DNA of 64,000 nucleotides from assembly GCA_963826115.1 (NCBI GenBank), contig CAWGVS010000012.1, forward strand, positions 288,001-352,000. The letters run 5' to 3'. The notes under the pieces were generated by a model, which did not search any database, was not told the DNA's origin, and saw only the letters and a list, made by a program, of their open reading frames with translations. Position 1 is the first letter of the stretch, and each line of letters begins with the position of its first letter. Source of the stretch: an uncultured Candidatus Rokubacteria bacterium. GTDB lineage: Bacteria > Methylomirabilota > Methylomirabilia > Rokubacteriales > DASRDR01. Positions 1-8,894 of this stretch are shown piece after piece. The position numbers were made by a program, and so were the translations under genes.

Positions 1-93
1 CCCAGCCGGTGCGGGCGTCCGCGACCGGGTGAGCTCCGTCACCAGGAGCGTCGCCAGCACCAGGGCGAGCGCGAGGTTGATCCAGCGCAGCAC
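1..93 (-). CDS. 5' part of a CDS running off the window edge; N-terminal hydrophobic segment (MLRWINLALALVLATLLVTEL), possibly a secretion/pilus-associated membrane protein
   Basis: Read by hand: GTG at 93, open to position 1, 24 nt downstream of the PilX-like stop, same strand. Confidence 0.4.
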   Translation of the reverse strand, partial: MLRWINLALALVLATLLVTELTRSRTPAPAG

Positions 94-117
94 GCGTCGG
101 GACCCGCCCTCAGCGGC

Positions 118-2349
118 CTACTGGAAGATGCCCAGGCGCCAGCTGTAGCTGTCGATCCCGAGCGACGTCGCCGCGGTGAAGTTCGGGAAGCCGGGGAACG
201 CGGGCGGCGACAGCGCGCGGTACCGGAGCCGCTCGTCGTACACCCAGTCGCGCGCGTACCCGGTGTTCGACGACGGCTGCCCGAACGTCCCCATCGTCTT
301 CTGGACGACGCCGCCCAGGACCGTCGAGATGCCGCGGTACGAGCCGTTCGGGTCGTCGAAGCTGAACTGCCCGCTCGGCTCGGCGTTGCCGCTCGAGTTC
401 GCGACGAAGAGCATGGCGTGAGTCTGGAGGTCGCCCGTGAGCGCGGCGGACAGCCGGATGCCGCCCGGCATGCCGAGCCCCCACGACACGACGCCGAGCA
501 CGTTCTGGACGTCCAGCTGGTCGTCGGCGCTCGTGCCGCTCGCGTCACCGGGGATCGGATCGCTGAAGATCAGGTCCGCGCCCCGCGGCTCCACGCGGAG
601 GTTCAGCTGGCCGGCGATGAAGATGTTTCCATCGGCCGCCACCGTCATCCGCATGCCGCGCGTCAGCGTCACCGTGTCCTGGTAGATCGCATACGTCGGG
701 CTCAGATCGATACCGCCGTTGGTGTTGCTGCCGGAGCCGGTCACGGGGCTCACATAGGTGCCCCGCCGGAGCCCGTGGAGCGTGCTCGCGTTCCCCGCCG
801 TCCCCGTTGTGCCGATGTTCCCGGTGGCGAAGATGACGCCGCGGTCGGTAGCCGTGTCGGGGCTGAAGACGCCCGTGAGCGTCTGATCGCGCAACGCCGA
901 GGTGACACCCGTGTCATCCCACCACTGGGTGCCGCTGGCGCTGCACGTGCCGCCAGGCGAGCCCTGCGCACTCGTCTTCAGGCATTGGCGCCGAACTCGC
1001 GTCTGCCCCGCACCCGGCTGACCCTCCTCGATGATGGTCCGCTTGTCCACCGCCGTGTAGATGACGATCGTCTGGCCGGTCGCCGTGCTCGAGAGGAGAA
1101 TCTCCCGCGCGTCGCCGGTCACGAAGATGCCGCCGGTCAGGGCGCCGTTGGCGCACACGTTCGACACGATCACCGGGACGGCGCAGTTCAGCACCGGCAG
1201 GCCCGAGAGATTCGCGGCACCCACGCAGGAAACGGTCGACACGGCCCGCGCCACGCAGGCCTGGGCGAGCCGGTCCGCGGGGTTGTTCCCGCCGGGGAAC
1301 GGAATCGGGTCGATGGCGACCGTGGTCGGGTCGAAGTCGTAGCCGCGCGTGAAGCCCGAGCAGTCCACCGACTTGCACAGGATGCCGGGGTCGCCGCCGA
1401 GAAGCGGCCAGTCGCGGGACGAGCTGTCCCGGCTCAGGTTCGTGGCGCTGCCCGCGTTGTTGAACCGGGTCGTGGTCAGGGTCTGGGTCGCCTCGCTCTT
1501 GAAGACCGGTCCCTCGTTCCCCGCCGTGTTGATGTCGCCGAGGATGCTGAACCGCGTGTTCGTGTGGACGGGCCCCGTGTAGGTGTGCCGGTAGCTCATC
1601 CACGGGTCGCCGGAGCCCGCGTCCTGAAACTGGTCGATGAAGTGCGCGTACTTCACGAACTCGGCGTTCAGCGCGATCCGGAACGAGCCCTGCGTGTTCA
1701 AGGGCACCGAGGAGTCGTGGATGATCCACTGCTGGCGCGCGCGCCCAGACGTGCCGCTCGACTCGATGCGCCACACGTAGGTGAAGACCGCCCCGAGCCC
1801 GCCGTTCGTGATCGCAGGCGGGATCGTCGGGTGCGTGCTCACGATCACCCGCGTCGTGAACGCCAGGTTGGCCGGGCAGCCCCCCGTCCCTGGGCACGTG
1901 ATCGTCATGACCGTCTGCTGCGCGTCCGGGATGCTCCCAACCGCGCTGTAGTTCGGCTCCGCGCAGCCGCCGGAGCAGCTCTGGAACGCCGGGCCGCTCG
2001 AGGGCACCGCGAAGTCCCGGATGAACTGGGCGCCCCCGTTGGCGCTGTTGTACGTCGCCACGAGCGCGGTCTTCATGGCCGGCCGGCCCGTCGCCGAGAC
2101 GGCCGCCGGCAGATCGACGCTCAGCCGCTGCAGGAGCAGCTTCCGCCCCCAGTTGGCCCCGGCCTCGGCGGCGTAGGCCGCCTGCGCCTCGTCCTTGGTG
2201 AGCTGGGCGATCATGGTCTCGTTGCGCGCGAGGATGACGAGCGCCGCGATCATCGTGCTGAGCAGCACCATGCCAGCGATCGCAGCGAACAGGGCCACCC
2301 CCCGCTCGTTCCGGGCCGGAGCAGCGAATCGGACCGCGAATCTAGACAT
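118..2349 (-). CDS. Large PilX-like minor pilin / pilus-tip protein (DUF4900-like C-terminal region), 743 aa
   Basis: Prepilin leader RNERG|VALF without E5 (typical of PilX), QAAYAAEAG PilX_N motif, YTGPVHTN and C-terminal GY..DW.YDERL..LSPPAFP motifs; SD GAAGGAGG before ATG 2349. Confidence 0.75.
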   Translation of the reverse strand: MSRFAVRFAAPARNERGVALFAAIAGMVLLSTMIAALVILARNETMIAQLTKDEAQAAYAAEAGANWGRKLLLQRLSVDLPAAVSATGRPAMKTALVATYNSANGGAQFIRDFAVPSSGPAFQSCSGGCAEPNYSAVGSIPDAQQTVMTITCPGTGGCPANLAFTTRVIVSTHPTIPPAITNGGLGAVFTYVWRIESSGTSGRARQQWIIHDSSVPLNTQGSFRIALNAEFVKYAHFIDQFQDAGSGDPWMSYRHTYTGPVHTNTRFSILGDINTAGNEGPVFKSEATQTLTTTRFNNAGSATNLSRDSSSRDWPLLGGDPGILCKSVDCSGFTRGYDFDPTTVAIDPIPFPGGNNPADRLAQACVARAVSTVSCVGAANLSGLPVLNCAVPVIVSNVCANGALTGGIFVTGDAREILLSSTATGQTIVIYTAVDKRTIIEEGQPGAGQTRVRRQCLKTSAQGSPGGTCSASGTQWWDDTGVTSALRDQTLTGVFSPDTATDRGVIFATGNIGTTGTAGNASTLHGLRRGTYVSPVTGSGSNTNGGIDLSPTYAIYQDTVTLTRGMRMTVAADGNIFIAGQLNLRVEPRGADLIFSDPIPGDASGTSADDQLDVQNVLGVVSWGLGMPGGIRLSAALTGDLQTHAMLFVANSSGNAEPSGQFSFDDPNGSYRGISTVLGGVVQKTMGTFGQPSSNTGYARDWVYDERLRYRALSPPAFPGFPNFTAATSLGIDSYSWRLGIFQ

Positions 2350-2363
2350 CGGGAGTTCCTCCT

Positions 2364-3089
2364 TCAGGGCACGTTGCGCGCACGCGCTTCGGACGTGAGC
2401 GTCTTCGTCACAGCCTGGCCGCTGATGGTCGCGCGGCCCGTCAGGGTGATGACCACCCGTCGGACCCGAGCGCGGTTCGCATCGGACAGGGTCGAGCAAG
2501 CCGTCGCGGAGATAGCCGGCGGCACCAGTTGCGTGTTCGGCGAGGCGTCGTCCGGCCCGGTGAAGTACTGGAACATGTCGACGCCGGCGGGGTTGGCCAC
2601 CAGATCCCGCGCGAGCTCCTCGGCGCCCGTGGAGACGGCCACCCAGGCCGCGCCGGCGTCCGGCTGGCCGCCCAGCGTCCCCCGCGTCTCACGGAGCGGC
2701 GAGCCCGTCGCCGGAGTCGTGGGCCAGAAGAAGAACACGTTCTCGTCGGGGTCCTGCACGTCGGCGTCGCCGTTCAGGTCCGCGTAGAGCCGGACGCAGT
2801 TCCGGCCCGCCTCCCGGAACGCGGTGAACGCCGGGTTGTTGGGCGTCGCGCCGCCGCCCCAGGGCTTGTTCTGCGGGTTGACACCCGCCGCCTGGATGAT
2901 GTGCGTCACCCGGTCCATCGCCACACGCACGTTCTGCTGGAGGTCGGTGACCTCCGAGCTCTGCATGTAGCTCTTCTGGGACTGCTCGATCAGGACGAGG
3001 ACGCCCGCGACCAGGAGGGTCCCGACCGCAAGCCCGACCATGATCTCGACGAGCGTCGTCCCCAGCTGGTTCCTGCCGTGTCTCAGCAT
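2364..3089 (-). CDS. PilW-like type IV minor pilin
   Basis: RNQLG|TTLVEIMV prepilin motif with E5; LQQNVRVAMD helix typical of PilW. Confidence 0.8.
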   Translation of the reverse strand: MLRHGRNQLGTTLVEIMVGLAVGTLLVAGVLVLIEQSQKSYMQSSEVTDLQQNVRVAMDRVTHIIQAAGVNPQNKPWGGGATPNNPAFTAFREAGRNCVRLYADLNGDADVQDPDENVFFFWPTTPATGSPLRETRGTLGGQPDAGAAWVAVSTGAEELARDLVANPAGVDMFQYFTGPDDASPNTQLVPPAISATACSTLSDANRARVRRVVITLTGRATISGQAVTKTLTSEARARNVP

Positions 3090-3099
3090 CGCCGTGCCC

Positions 3100-3525
3100 C
3101 TAGCTTCCCCGCGTGAAGATCATCGTCAGCGCCACCGACTGCTCATCCCCGGAGCTGTTCTTGTAGAACACCGACACGACCACGGTCTTCGTGCCGACTT
3201 CCGGCGCGTCGTTGGTGATGCCAATAGTCCGGCGGTAGTTAGGGTAGCTGATGCTCGAGTACGTGAGGCTGCCGTAGCCGGTCGTCAGCGGGAACGTGGT
3301 CCCGTTGACCAGCTCGTCGGTGTCCAGGTCGTACGCGCGGTTCCGCATGTCCTCGAGCACCCGGCGCGCCAGGAAGGTCGCGGTCGTCGCCTGGTCGCCG
3401 CCCTGGATCGCCATGCTGCCCGGCGCAAACGCCGCGGCCAGCCCCATGAGGGCAACGCCGAGCAGCAGGAGCGCCACCATGAGCTCGACGAGAGAAACGC
3501 CTGCCTGCTGTCGCCGGATGGTCAT
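3100..3525 (-). CDS. PilV-like type IV minor pilin
   Basis: RQQAG|VSLVELMVALLLL prepilin motif; ATG 3525 overlaps the upstream TGA (ATGA). Confidence 0.8.
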   Translation of the reverse strand: MTIRRQQAGVSLVELMVALLLLGVALMGLAAAFAPGSMAIQGGDQATTATFLARRVLEDMRNRAYDLDTDELVNGTTFPLTTGYGSLTYSSISYPNYRRTIGITNDAPEVGTKTVVVSVFYKNSSGDEQSVALTMIFTRGS

Positions 3526-4043
3526 GGACATGTCGCCGTCCCCGTGCACGAGCGCACGCGGCCGGGGGTATTCACCTCCACCCGCCAGGTCGTGCCGCTC
3601 GGATAGGTCACTAGCACGCTGCCGTTGCCGGTCGAGGTGGAGCCCTTGGCGTCGAACCGGATCTCGGACGGCGTCGCGGACACCGTGGCGCCCCCGATGA
3701 CCGCCTCGACGACGTCGGGCGGCCGGTTCGCGGGGCACGTGTTGCCCGTCGGCGTTCCGGCCGTGCAGATCGTGGAGATCTGCGTGCTCGTGAAAATCAC
3801 CCGGTACGTGGCGGTCGTGCCGATGGCGTTCTGCCGGGCGTTCCGGAGGGTCTCGACCACCTGCTCGGCCCCCCCTCGGGTCTTGAGGTCGGGCATGATG
3901 GACCCCAGGAAGGGCAGGCTGGCCACCGCAAAAATGGTGATGATGGAGGCCACGACCACCAGCTCGGTCAGGGTCATCCCTGCCTCCTGGCGCATGGCCC
4001 GGCATCCGCCCACCGCTCGAGTCCGGAAAACGTCAGTCGTCAT
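3522..4043 (-). CDS. FimT/FimU (GspH-like) minor pilin
   Basis: RQEAG|MTLTELVV motif, LRNARQNA helix, IRFDAKG motif; SD GAGGTGA. Confidence 0.8.
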   Translation of the reverse strand: MTTDVFRTRAVGGCRAMRQEAGMTLTELVVVASIITIFAVASLPFLGSIMPDLKTRGGAEQVVETLRNARQNAIGTTATYRVIFTSTQISTICTAGTPTGNTCPANRPPDVVEAVIGGATVSATPSEIRFDAKGSTSTGNGSVLVTYPSGTTWRVEVNTPGRVRSCTGTATCP

Positions 4044-4068
4044 GACTCACCTCGCCGCAGGCAGCTAG

Positions 4069-4086
4069 AGCAACGGTCATGCCAAA
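4069..4086 (-). promoter_or_regulatory. sigma54 (-24/-12) promoter of the minor pilin operon
   Basis: Minus strand TTTGGCATGACCGTTGCT = TGGCA-N6-TTGC with exact GG-N10-GC spacing, 25 nt upstream of the first pilin ATG. Confidence 0.75.
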
Positions 4087-4361
4087 TACCTCCGCCCTCT
4101 GGATCCGATTCAGGCTGCTCGCCAACTGCGCACGGGCCAATAGTAGAGGAATTCCGCCAACAGTATCGAATGGGGATCCCGGGGTGGCGTCCAGACCGAC
4201 GGGACTGGTGACGATCCACGTCAGGGGCCTGCCGTGGCGTGGCAGGAAGGGGGTGTCAACATGGCTGCGTCACAACTCCTCAGATGATGACTATCCGGCG
4301 CCCTTGGTGTCGGCGGCACCGCCGGATCGAGACCCTGGGCCCGCGTCGGGCGCGCGTACTC

Positions 4362-5249
4362 CTAGTGGTGGCAGGTCACGCACTCGAGCGGTCCCCGCCG
4401 CTCGGCGTGGCACGAGACGCACCAGCCCATCGTGAGAGGCGCCACCTGGGCAACGCGCTGCATGCGCTCGACCGGCCCGTGACACGTCTGGCAGGCGAGC
4501 CCCACCTGGACGTGGCGCTTGTGCGGGAAGTAGACGAACCCGGCGAGCTTGTGGACGCGAACCCAGGGGATCGCCTGCTGCCGATTCCAGTGCTCGTGGA
4601 TCTTCTGCACCTCGGGGTTGCCCTGGGCCGCGACGAGCTTGTGACAGCCCATGCACCGCGCGACCGACGGCAGGCCGGCGAACGTGCTACGGCGTGCATC
4701 GGCGTGGCAGAACTGGCAATCGATCCCGTACGAACCCGCATGGATCGCGTGGCTGAACTCGATCGGCTGGGCGGGCGCCGGCGCGATCGGGTGGACCGGG
4801 GGCGCTGCGAGCGGGCGATACGGCGGCTGCGCCAGCGTCCGGATGTACGCGACGACATCCCGGATCTCGCGATCGGTCAGGAGCCGACCGAACCCGGGCA
4901 TCTGGGGCGCGAGGCCGACCGCCGCCGCGCCGTCACGGACGATGGTCGTCAGGAAATCGTCGGTGAGCGGGTTGAGCAGCCGGCCGGCCGTGAGGGGCGG
5001 CGGCTTGATCGGGAGGGCGGCGGCCCCAGGGCCGTCCGCCGTCCCCGTCGCCCCGTGGCAGGTGGCGCAATGCCGCTCGAAGACGGCCCTCCCGGGATGG
5101 GCGGGCCCGGTCGGGGCGGCGGGCTGCCCGGCGACCGGGCGCGCCGCCGGGCCCCACGCGACGAGCGCCCACGCGCCCGCGAGGGCCACCGCCCACCACC
5201 GGCCACCGGGGACCGGGCGGCGGGCTCGTCGGAGCCCGAGTCGGCCCAT
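4362..5249 (-). CDS. Exported hexaheme cytochrome c: monoheme class I domain fused to an ActA/QrcA-like pentaheme domain
   Basis: Six CxxCH motifs (CATCH, CQFCH, CMGCH, CQTCH, CVSCH, CVTCH); QPIEFSHAIHAG, FVYFPHKRHV and LTMGWC motifs; signal peptide. Confidence 0.85.
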   Translation of the reverse strand: MGRLGLRRARRPVPGGRWWAVALAGAWALVAWGPAARPVAGQPAAPTGPAHPGRAVFERHCATCHGATGTADGPGAAALPIKPPPLTAGRLLNPLTDDFLTTIVRDGAAAVGLAPQMPGFGRLLTDREIRDVVAYIRTLAQPPYRPLAAPPVHPIAPAPAQPIEFSHAIHAGSYGIDCQFCHADARRSTFAGLPSVARCMGCHKLVAAQGNPEVQKIHEHWNRQQAIPWVRVHKLAGFVYFPHKRHVQVGLACQTCHGPVERMQRVAQVAPLTMGWCVSCHAERRGPLECVTCHH

Positions 5250-5270
5250 GCCCGGGGTGCGAGGGGGCGG

Positions 5271-6599
5271 CTAGACCGCCCCTTCCGCCTGGAGATCGGC
5301 CACGGCGCGGGTCACCGCCTGCACGGTCTCCTCGATCTCGCGGTCGGTGTGCACGGCGGACACCCAGCCGTGGTTCTGGGACATGTCGACGCCGTGCAGG
5401 ATCAGGGCGCAGCGCCACTTGTGGACGAGCCCCGGGCTCTTCGCCTTCGGCGCGCTCTTGCCCGGCGCCGGCGGCGGCCCGTCGAGCGAGATGTGGACGA
5501 TCGAGACATCGCCGTACGCGACCATGGGCGCGCCCGCTTTCCGGAACACGTCGTTGAAGGCGGTCCGGAGCTCGGCGCCGTTCGCGTTCGCCCGCTCGTG
5601 GTGCTTCCCGTCCGCGATCTGCGAGAGCATCGCGATCCCTGCCGCGGAGACGATGGGATTCGAGTTGTAGGTCCCGTTCTGCGCGACGCGCTTCGACCGG
5701 TTCCACTCGGGATCGTCGCCGAACGCCATCAGGCCGACGATGTCGCGGCGGCCGCAGACGGCGGCGCCGGGCAGGCCGCCGGCCACGATCTTGGCGAGCG
5801 TGGTCATGTCCGGCGTGACGCCGTAGTACTCCTGCGCACCGCCCGGGGCGTACCGAAAGCCGGTGATGACCTCGTCGAAGATCAGCACGGTGCCGCGGTC
5901 CTGGGTCACCTGCCGGAGGTCCTTCAGGAACCCGGGGTCGATCGGGAACACCCCCGCCTGGCCGCCGCTCGGCTCCAGGATGACGGCGCCGATGTCGTTC
6001 CGGCTCGCCAGGAGCTGCTCGACCGCCGCGATGTCGTTGGGCGGCGCGAGGAGGACCTCGCCCAGGACCCCGCCAGGGATGCCGGCGGACATCGGCACGT
6101 CGAACGGCGGATTCACGCCGGCCGAGACGCCGTCGTGCCAGCCGTGGAAGTGGCCGGTGAACTTCAGGACCTTCGGGCGCCCGGTGTACGCGCGGGCGAG
6201 GCGGAGCGCGAGGTGGGTCGCCTCGGTGCCCGACATCGTGAAGCGCACCAGCTCGGCCGAGGGAATGAGCCGGGTGATCCACTCCGCCCACTCGACCTCG
6301 AGCTCGTGGCACGCGCCGTAGTGGGTCCCGCGCGCGATCTGCCGCTGCACCGCCTCGACCAGCCCCGGATGGGAGTGCCCGAGGAACAGGGCGCCGTGCC
6401 CCATCCAGTAGTCGATGTACTCGCGGCCGTCGACGTCCCACTTGCGCGGGCCCGCGGCGCGCTCGATGTAGAGCGGGAACGGCGTGAGATACCGGCCGTC
6501 GTGCGTGATGCCGCCCGGGATCACCCGCCGGGCACGTTCCCAGCGCGCCCACGAGCCGGGCAGGGTCTTCCGGTACCGCTCGCTCACCGTCTCCCGCAT
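5271..6599 (-). CDS. Class III PLP aminotransferase (glutamate-1-semialdehyde aminomutase-like)
   Basis: WDVDGREYIDY, SGTEAT, FHGWHD, FDEVITGFR and TLAKIVAGGLP (PLP lysine) motifs. Confidence 0.85.
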   Translation of the reverse strand: MRETVSERYRKTLPGSWARWERARRVIPGGITHDGRYLTPFPLYIERAAGPRKWDVDGREYIDYWMGHGALFLGHSHPGLVEAVQRQIARGTHYGACHELEVEWAEWITRLIPSAELVRFTMSGTEATHLALRLARAYTGRPKVLKFTGHFHGWHDGVSAGVNPPFDVPMSAGIPGGVLGEVLLAPPNDIAAVEQLLASRNDIGAVILEPSGGQAGVFPIDPGFLKDLRQVTQDRGTVLIFDEVITGFRYAPGGAQEYYGVTPDMTTLAKIVAGGLPGAAVCGRRDIVGLMAFGDDPEWNRSKRVAQNGTYNSNPIVSAAGIAMLSQIADGKHHERANANGAELRTAFNDVFRKAGAPMVAYGDVSIVHISLDGPPPAPGKSAPKAKSPGLVHKWRCALILHGVDMSQNHGWVSAVHTDREIEETVQAVTRAVADLQAEGAV

Positions 6600-7513
6600 C
6601 ACGCAGTCTCCTCTTGGCGCGTCGGGACCACCGGGGCGCGCCGCGTCTTCAGGTGTCCGACCAGTCCTCTCAGCGTCTCGAGCAATGCCTGGTGCAAGCC
6701 CAGCGGCAGGTTGTCGACCGACGGTTGGGCGACCCCCGTGAGGCCGTCCACGCCCCCCGCCCGGACCATCGCCCGCGTCAGTCGGGCCTCGTCCTTGGCC
6801 GTGTGGAGGAGCGCGCGGCCGGTCGCGAGGGCGAGATGCGCCGTCACGCCCCAGGCCCCCCAGTTCGAGGTCCCGGCGACGATCAAATGGTCGGTGCGCA
6901 CCACCGAGGCGATCTTGGCTCCGTTGGGGACGTCGCGCACGACCCGGGCCCGCACGCGCCCCATGCCGATCTCGTTCCCGCCGTCCCCGACGCCGATGGT
7001 CACCCGACCGGCCCGGCGGCGAAGGAACAGCGCGTCCAGCGGGGCGTTCACGCCGGCCACCGAGAGCCCACGGGCGTTGTAGTACCCCCCGTCCCGCGCG
7101 CGCCCGGGCCGCTCGATCGCGACGAGGTGCGTGGGCGCGAAGGTCTCGACCGTCTCGCGCGCCGCGCGGAGGGCCGCCGCCGGCTCCGCCGGCACCGGGA
7201 CGAGGTCCCGGGGCTCCCCGAGCGCGCGGAGGCACGCCTCGAGGAGGGGCGCCACCGGGGGGTCCGCGAGGTACACGACGCGCGCACCGAGACGGCGGAG
7301 GGCCCGGCCAAGCACCACCGTGCCGGACGGCCCGTCCGTCTCCGCCGCCCAGGTCGGCCGCGCGACGAATCCGGTCACCAGGACCACGCGCTCGGCCCGC
7401 GCCAGGCTCTGGGCGGCTGCCGCCATCGCGCCCGGCACGACGAGCCGCCCGATGCCACGCCCCCCCAGATCGAGCGCGCAGAGGGTCTCGACGGGGTCCA
7501 GAACCGGCGGCAT
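6599..7513 (-). CDS. DUF4392 / D-glutamate cyclase-like domain protein
   Basis: VTGF, ETDGPSG, IERPG, GDGGNEIGMG, SNWG and G.VDG motifs. Confidence 0.75.
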   Translation of the reverse strand: MPPVLDPVETLCALDLGGRGIGRLVVPGAMAAAAQSLARAERVVLVTGFVARPTWAAETDGPSGTVVLGRALRRLGARVVYLADPPVAPLLEACLRALGEPRDLVPVPAEPAAALRAARETVETFAPTHLVAIERPGRARDGGYYNARGLSVAGVNAPLDALFLRRRAGRVTIGVGDGGNEIGMGRVRARVVRDVPNGAKIASVVRTDHLIVAGTSNWGAWGVTAHLALATGRALLHTAKDEARLTRAMVRAGGVDGLTGVAQPSVDNLPLGLHQALLETLRGLVGHLKTRRAPVVPTRQEETA

Positions 7514-7958
7514 GGCCCACAAAGCCTAACATCGGGTCCCAGGGCGGACAACGCCGGCCCGACCCGCCGGGGCGTCCCGGCGCGTTCGGCCGGACCGGCA
7601 AACGAGCGCACCGCGGCTACGGGACCTCCCCCCCTCGACACGGGCGCTCGCGGACATGACTCGGGTATCGACGGCCGAGGAGGGGCAGGTTCCCGCCCAC
7701 GTTGAGCGCCCGCGCCGGCGCGATCCCGATGGCCGCACGGACGGGCCGGAAGCCCTCTTCGAGTCGCTCGGTCGATGTCGTCGGACGCGACGCGTGGAGA
7801 CGGCCGGCGAGCGCGGGTGCGGCGTCGCGCGGCGCAGCGGTCGACGGGCGGTCGGCGGCTATAATCGCCTGCGTGAGGTCTGTGCGTCGCGGGTGTCGGC
7901 ACCGGGCCGCTCGACTGATGCCGGAGGGCCCCGGCCGGCCCGGAGCCCGTCGCCTCCC

Positions 7959-8894
7959 ATGACGGCCGAGCCCGGCCAGTACCACCTGAGCCACCTCCGC
8001 TACCTCGAGGCCGAGAGCATTCACGTGCTCCGGGAGGTGGCGGCCGAGGTCGAGCGTCCGGTGCTCCTCTACTCGATCGGGAAGGACTCCTCGGTGCTGC
8101 TGCGTCTCGCGCAGAAGGCCTTCGCGCCCGCCAAGCTCCCCTTCCCGCTCCTGCACGTGGACACCGGGTTCAAGTTCGAGGAGATGTACGCGTTTCGCGA
8201 TCGGATCGCGCGCGAGAGCGGGGCGCAGCTCCTCGTCTGGCGGAACGCGGACGCGATCGCGCGGGGCACGAATCCCTTCGACCTCGGTACGCAGCGGTGC
8301 TGCGGACTCCTGAAGACGGACGCCCTCCTGACCGGGCTCCGCCATCACGGTTTCCGCGCGGCCATCGGCGGCGCGCGACGCGACGAGGAGAAGGCGCGGG
8401 CCAAGGAGCGGTTCTTCTCGGTCCGGGACGCGTTCGGCCAGTGGGATCCCAAGAACCAGCGGCCCGAGCTCTGGAATCTCTACAACGGGCACGTCGGACC
8501 CCGGGAGTCCATCCGCGTCTTCCCGCTCTCGAACTGGACGGAGCTCGACGTGTGGCAGTACATCTACGTCGAGAAGATCCCCATCAATCCCCTCTACTAC
8601 GCCCGAGAGCGCGACGTGGTGGTCCGCGGCGGACAGCTCATCGTGCTGGACGGGCCCTTCGCCCCGGGCGCCCGGTACGGCCCGGCGCCCGGCGAGCGCG
8701 TCGAGCGGGTCCAGTGCCGGTTCCGGAGTCTCGGCTGCGTGCCCTGCTCGGGGGCGATTCGCTCGGCGGCCTCTACCCTCGAGGCCATCGTCGAGGAGAT
8801 GCTGCTGGCGCGGACCTCGGAGCGCGGCACGCGGGTGATCGACCACGACGCCGATGGGTCGATGGAGACGAAGAAGCGGGAGGGTTACTTCTGA
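7959..8894 (+). CDS. cysD: Sulfate adenylyltransferase subunit 2
   Basis: [49 protein letters not shown] and C-terminal KKREGYF. Confidence 0.95.
   Translation: MTAEPGQYHLSHLRYLEAESIHVLREVAAEVERPVLLYSIGKDSSVLLRLAQKAFAPAKLPFPLLHVDTGFKFEEMYAFRDRIARESGAQLLVWRNADAIARGTNPFDLGTQRCCGLLKTDALLTGLRHHGFRAAIGGARRDEEKARAKERFFSVRDAFGQWDPKNQRPELWNLYNGHVGPRESIRVFPLSNWTELDVWQYIYVEKIPINPLYYARERDVVVRGGQLIVLDGPFAPGARYGPAPGERVERVQCRFRSLGCVPCSGAIRSAASTLEAIVEEMLLARTSERGTRVIDHDADGSMETKKREGYF

Noticed and set aside
5271-6599. Calling the aminotransferase hemL
   Set aside because: N-terminal motif diverges (GGITHDGR rather than GGVNSPVR) and there is no hem gene context
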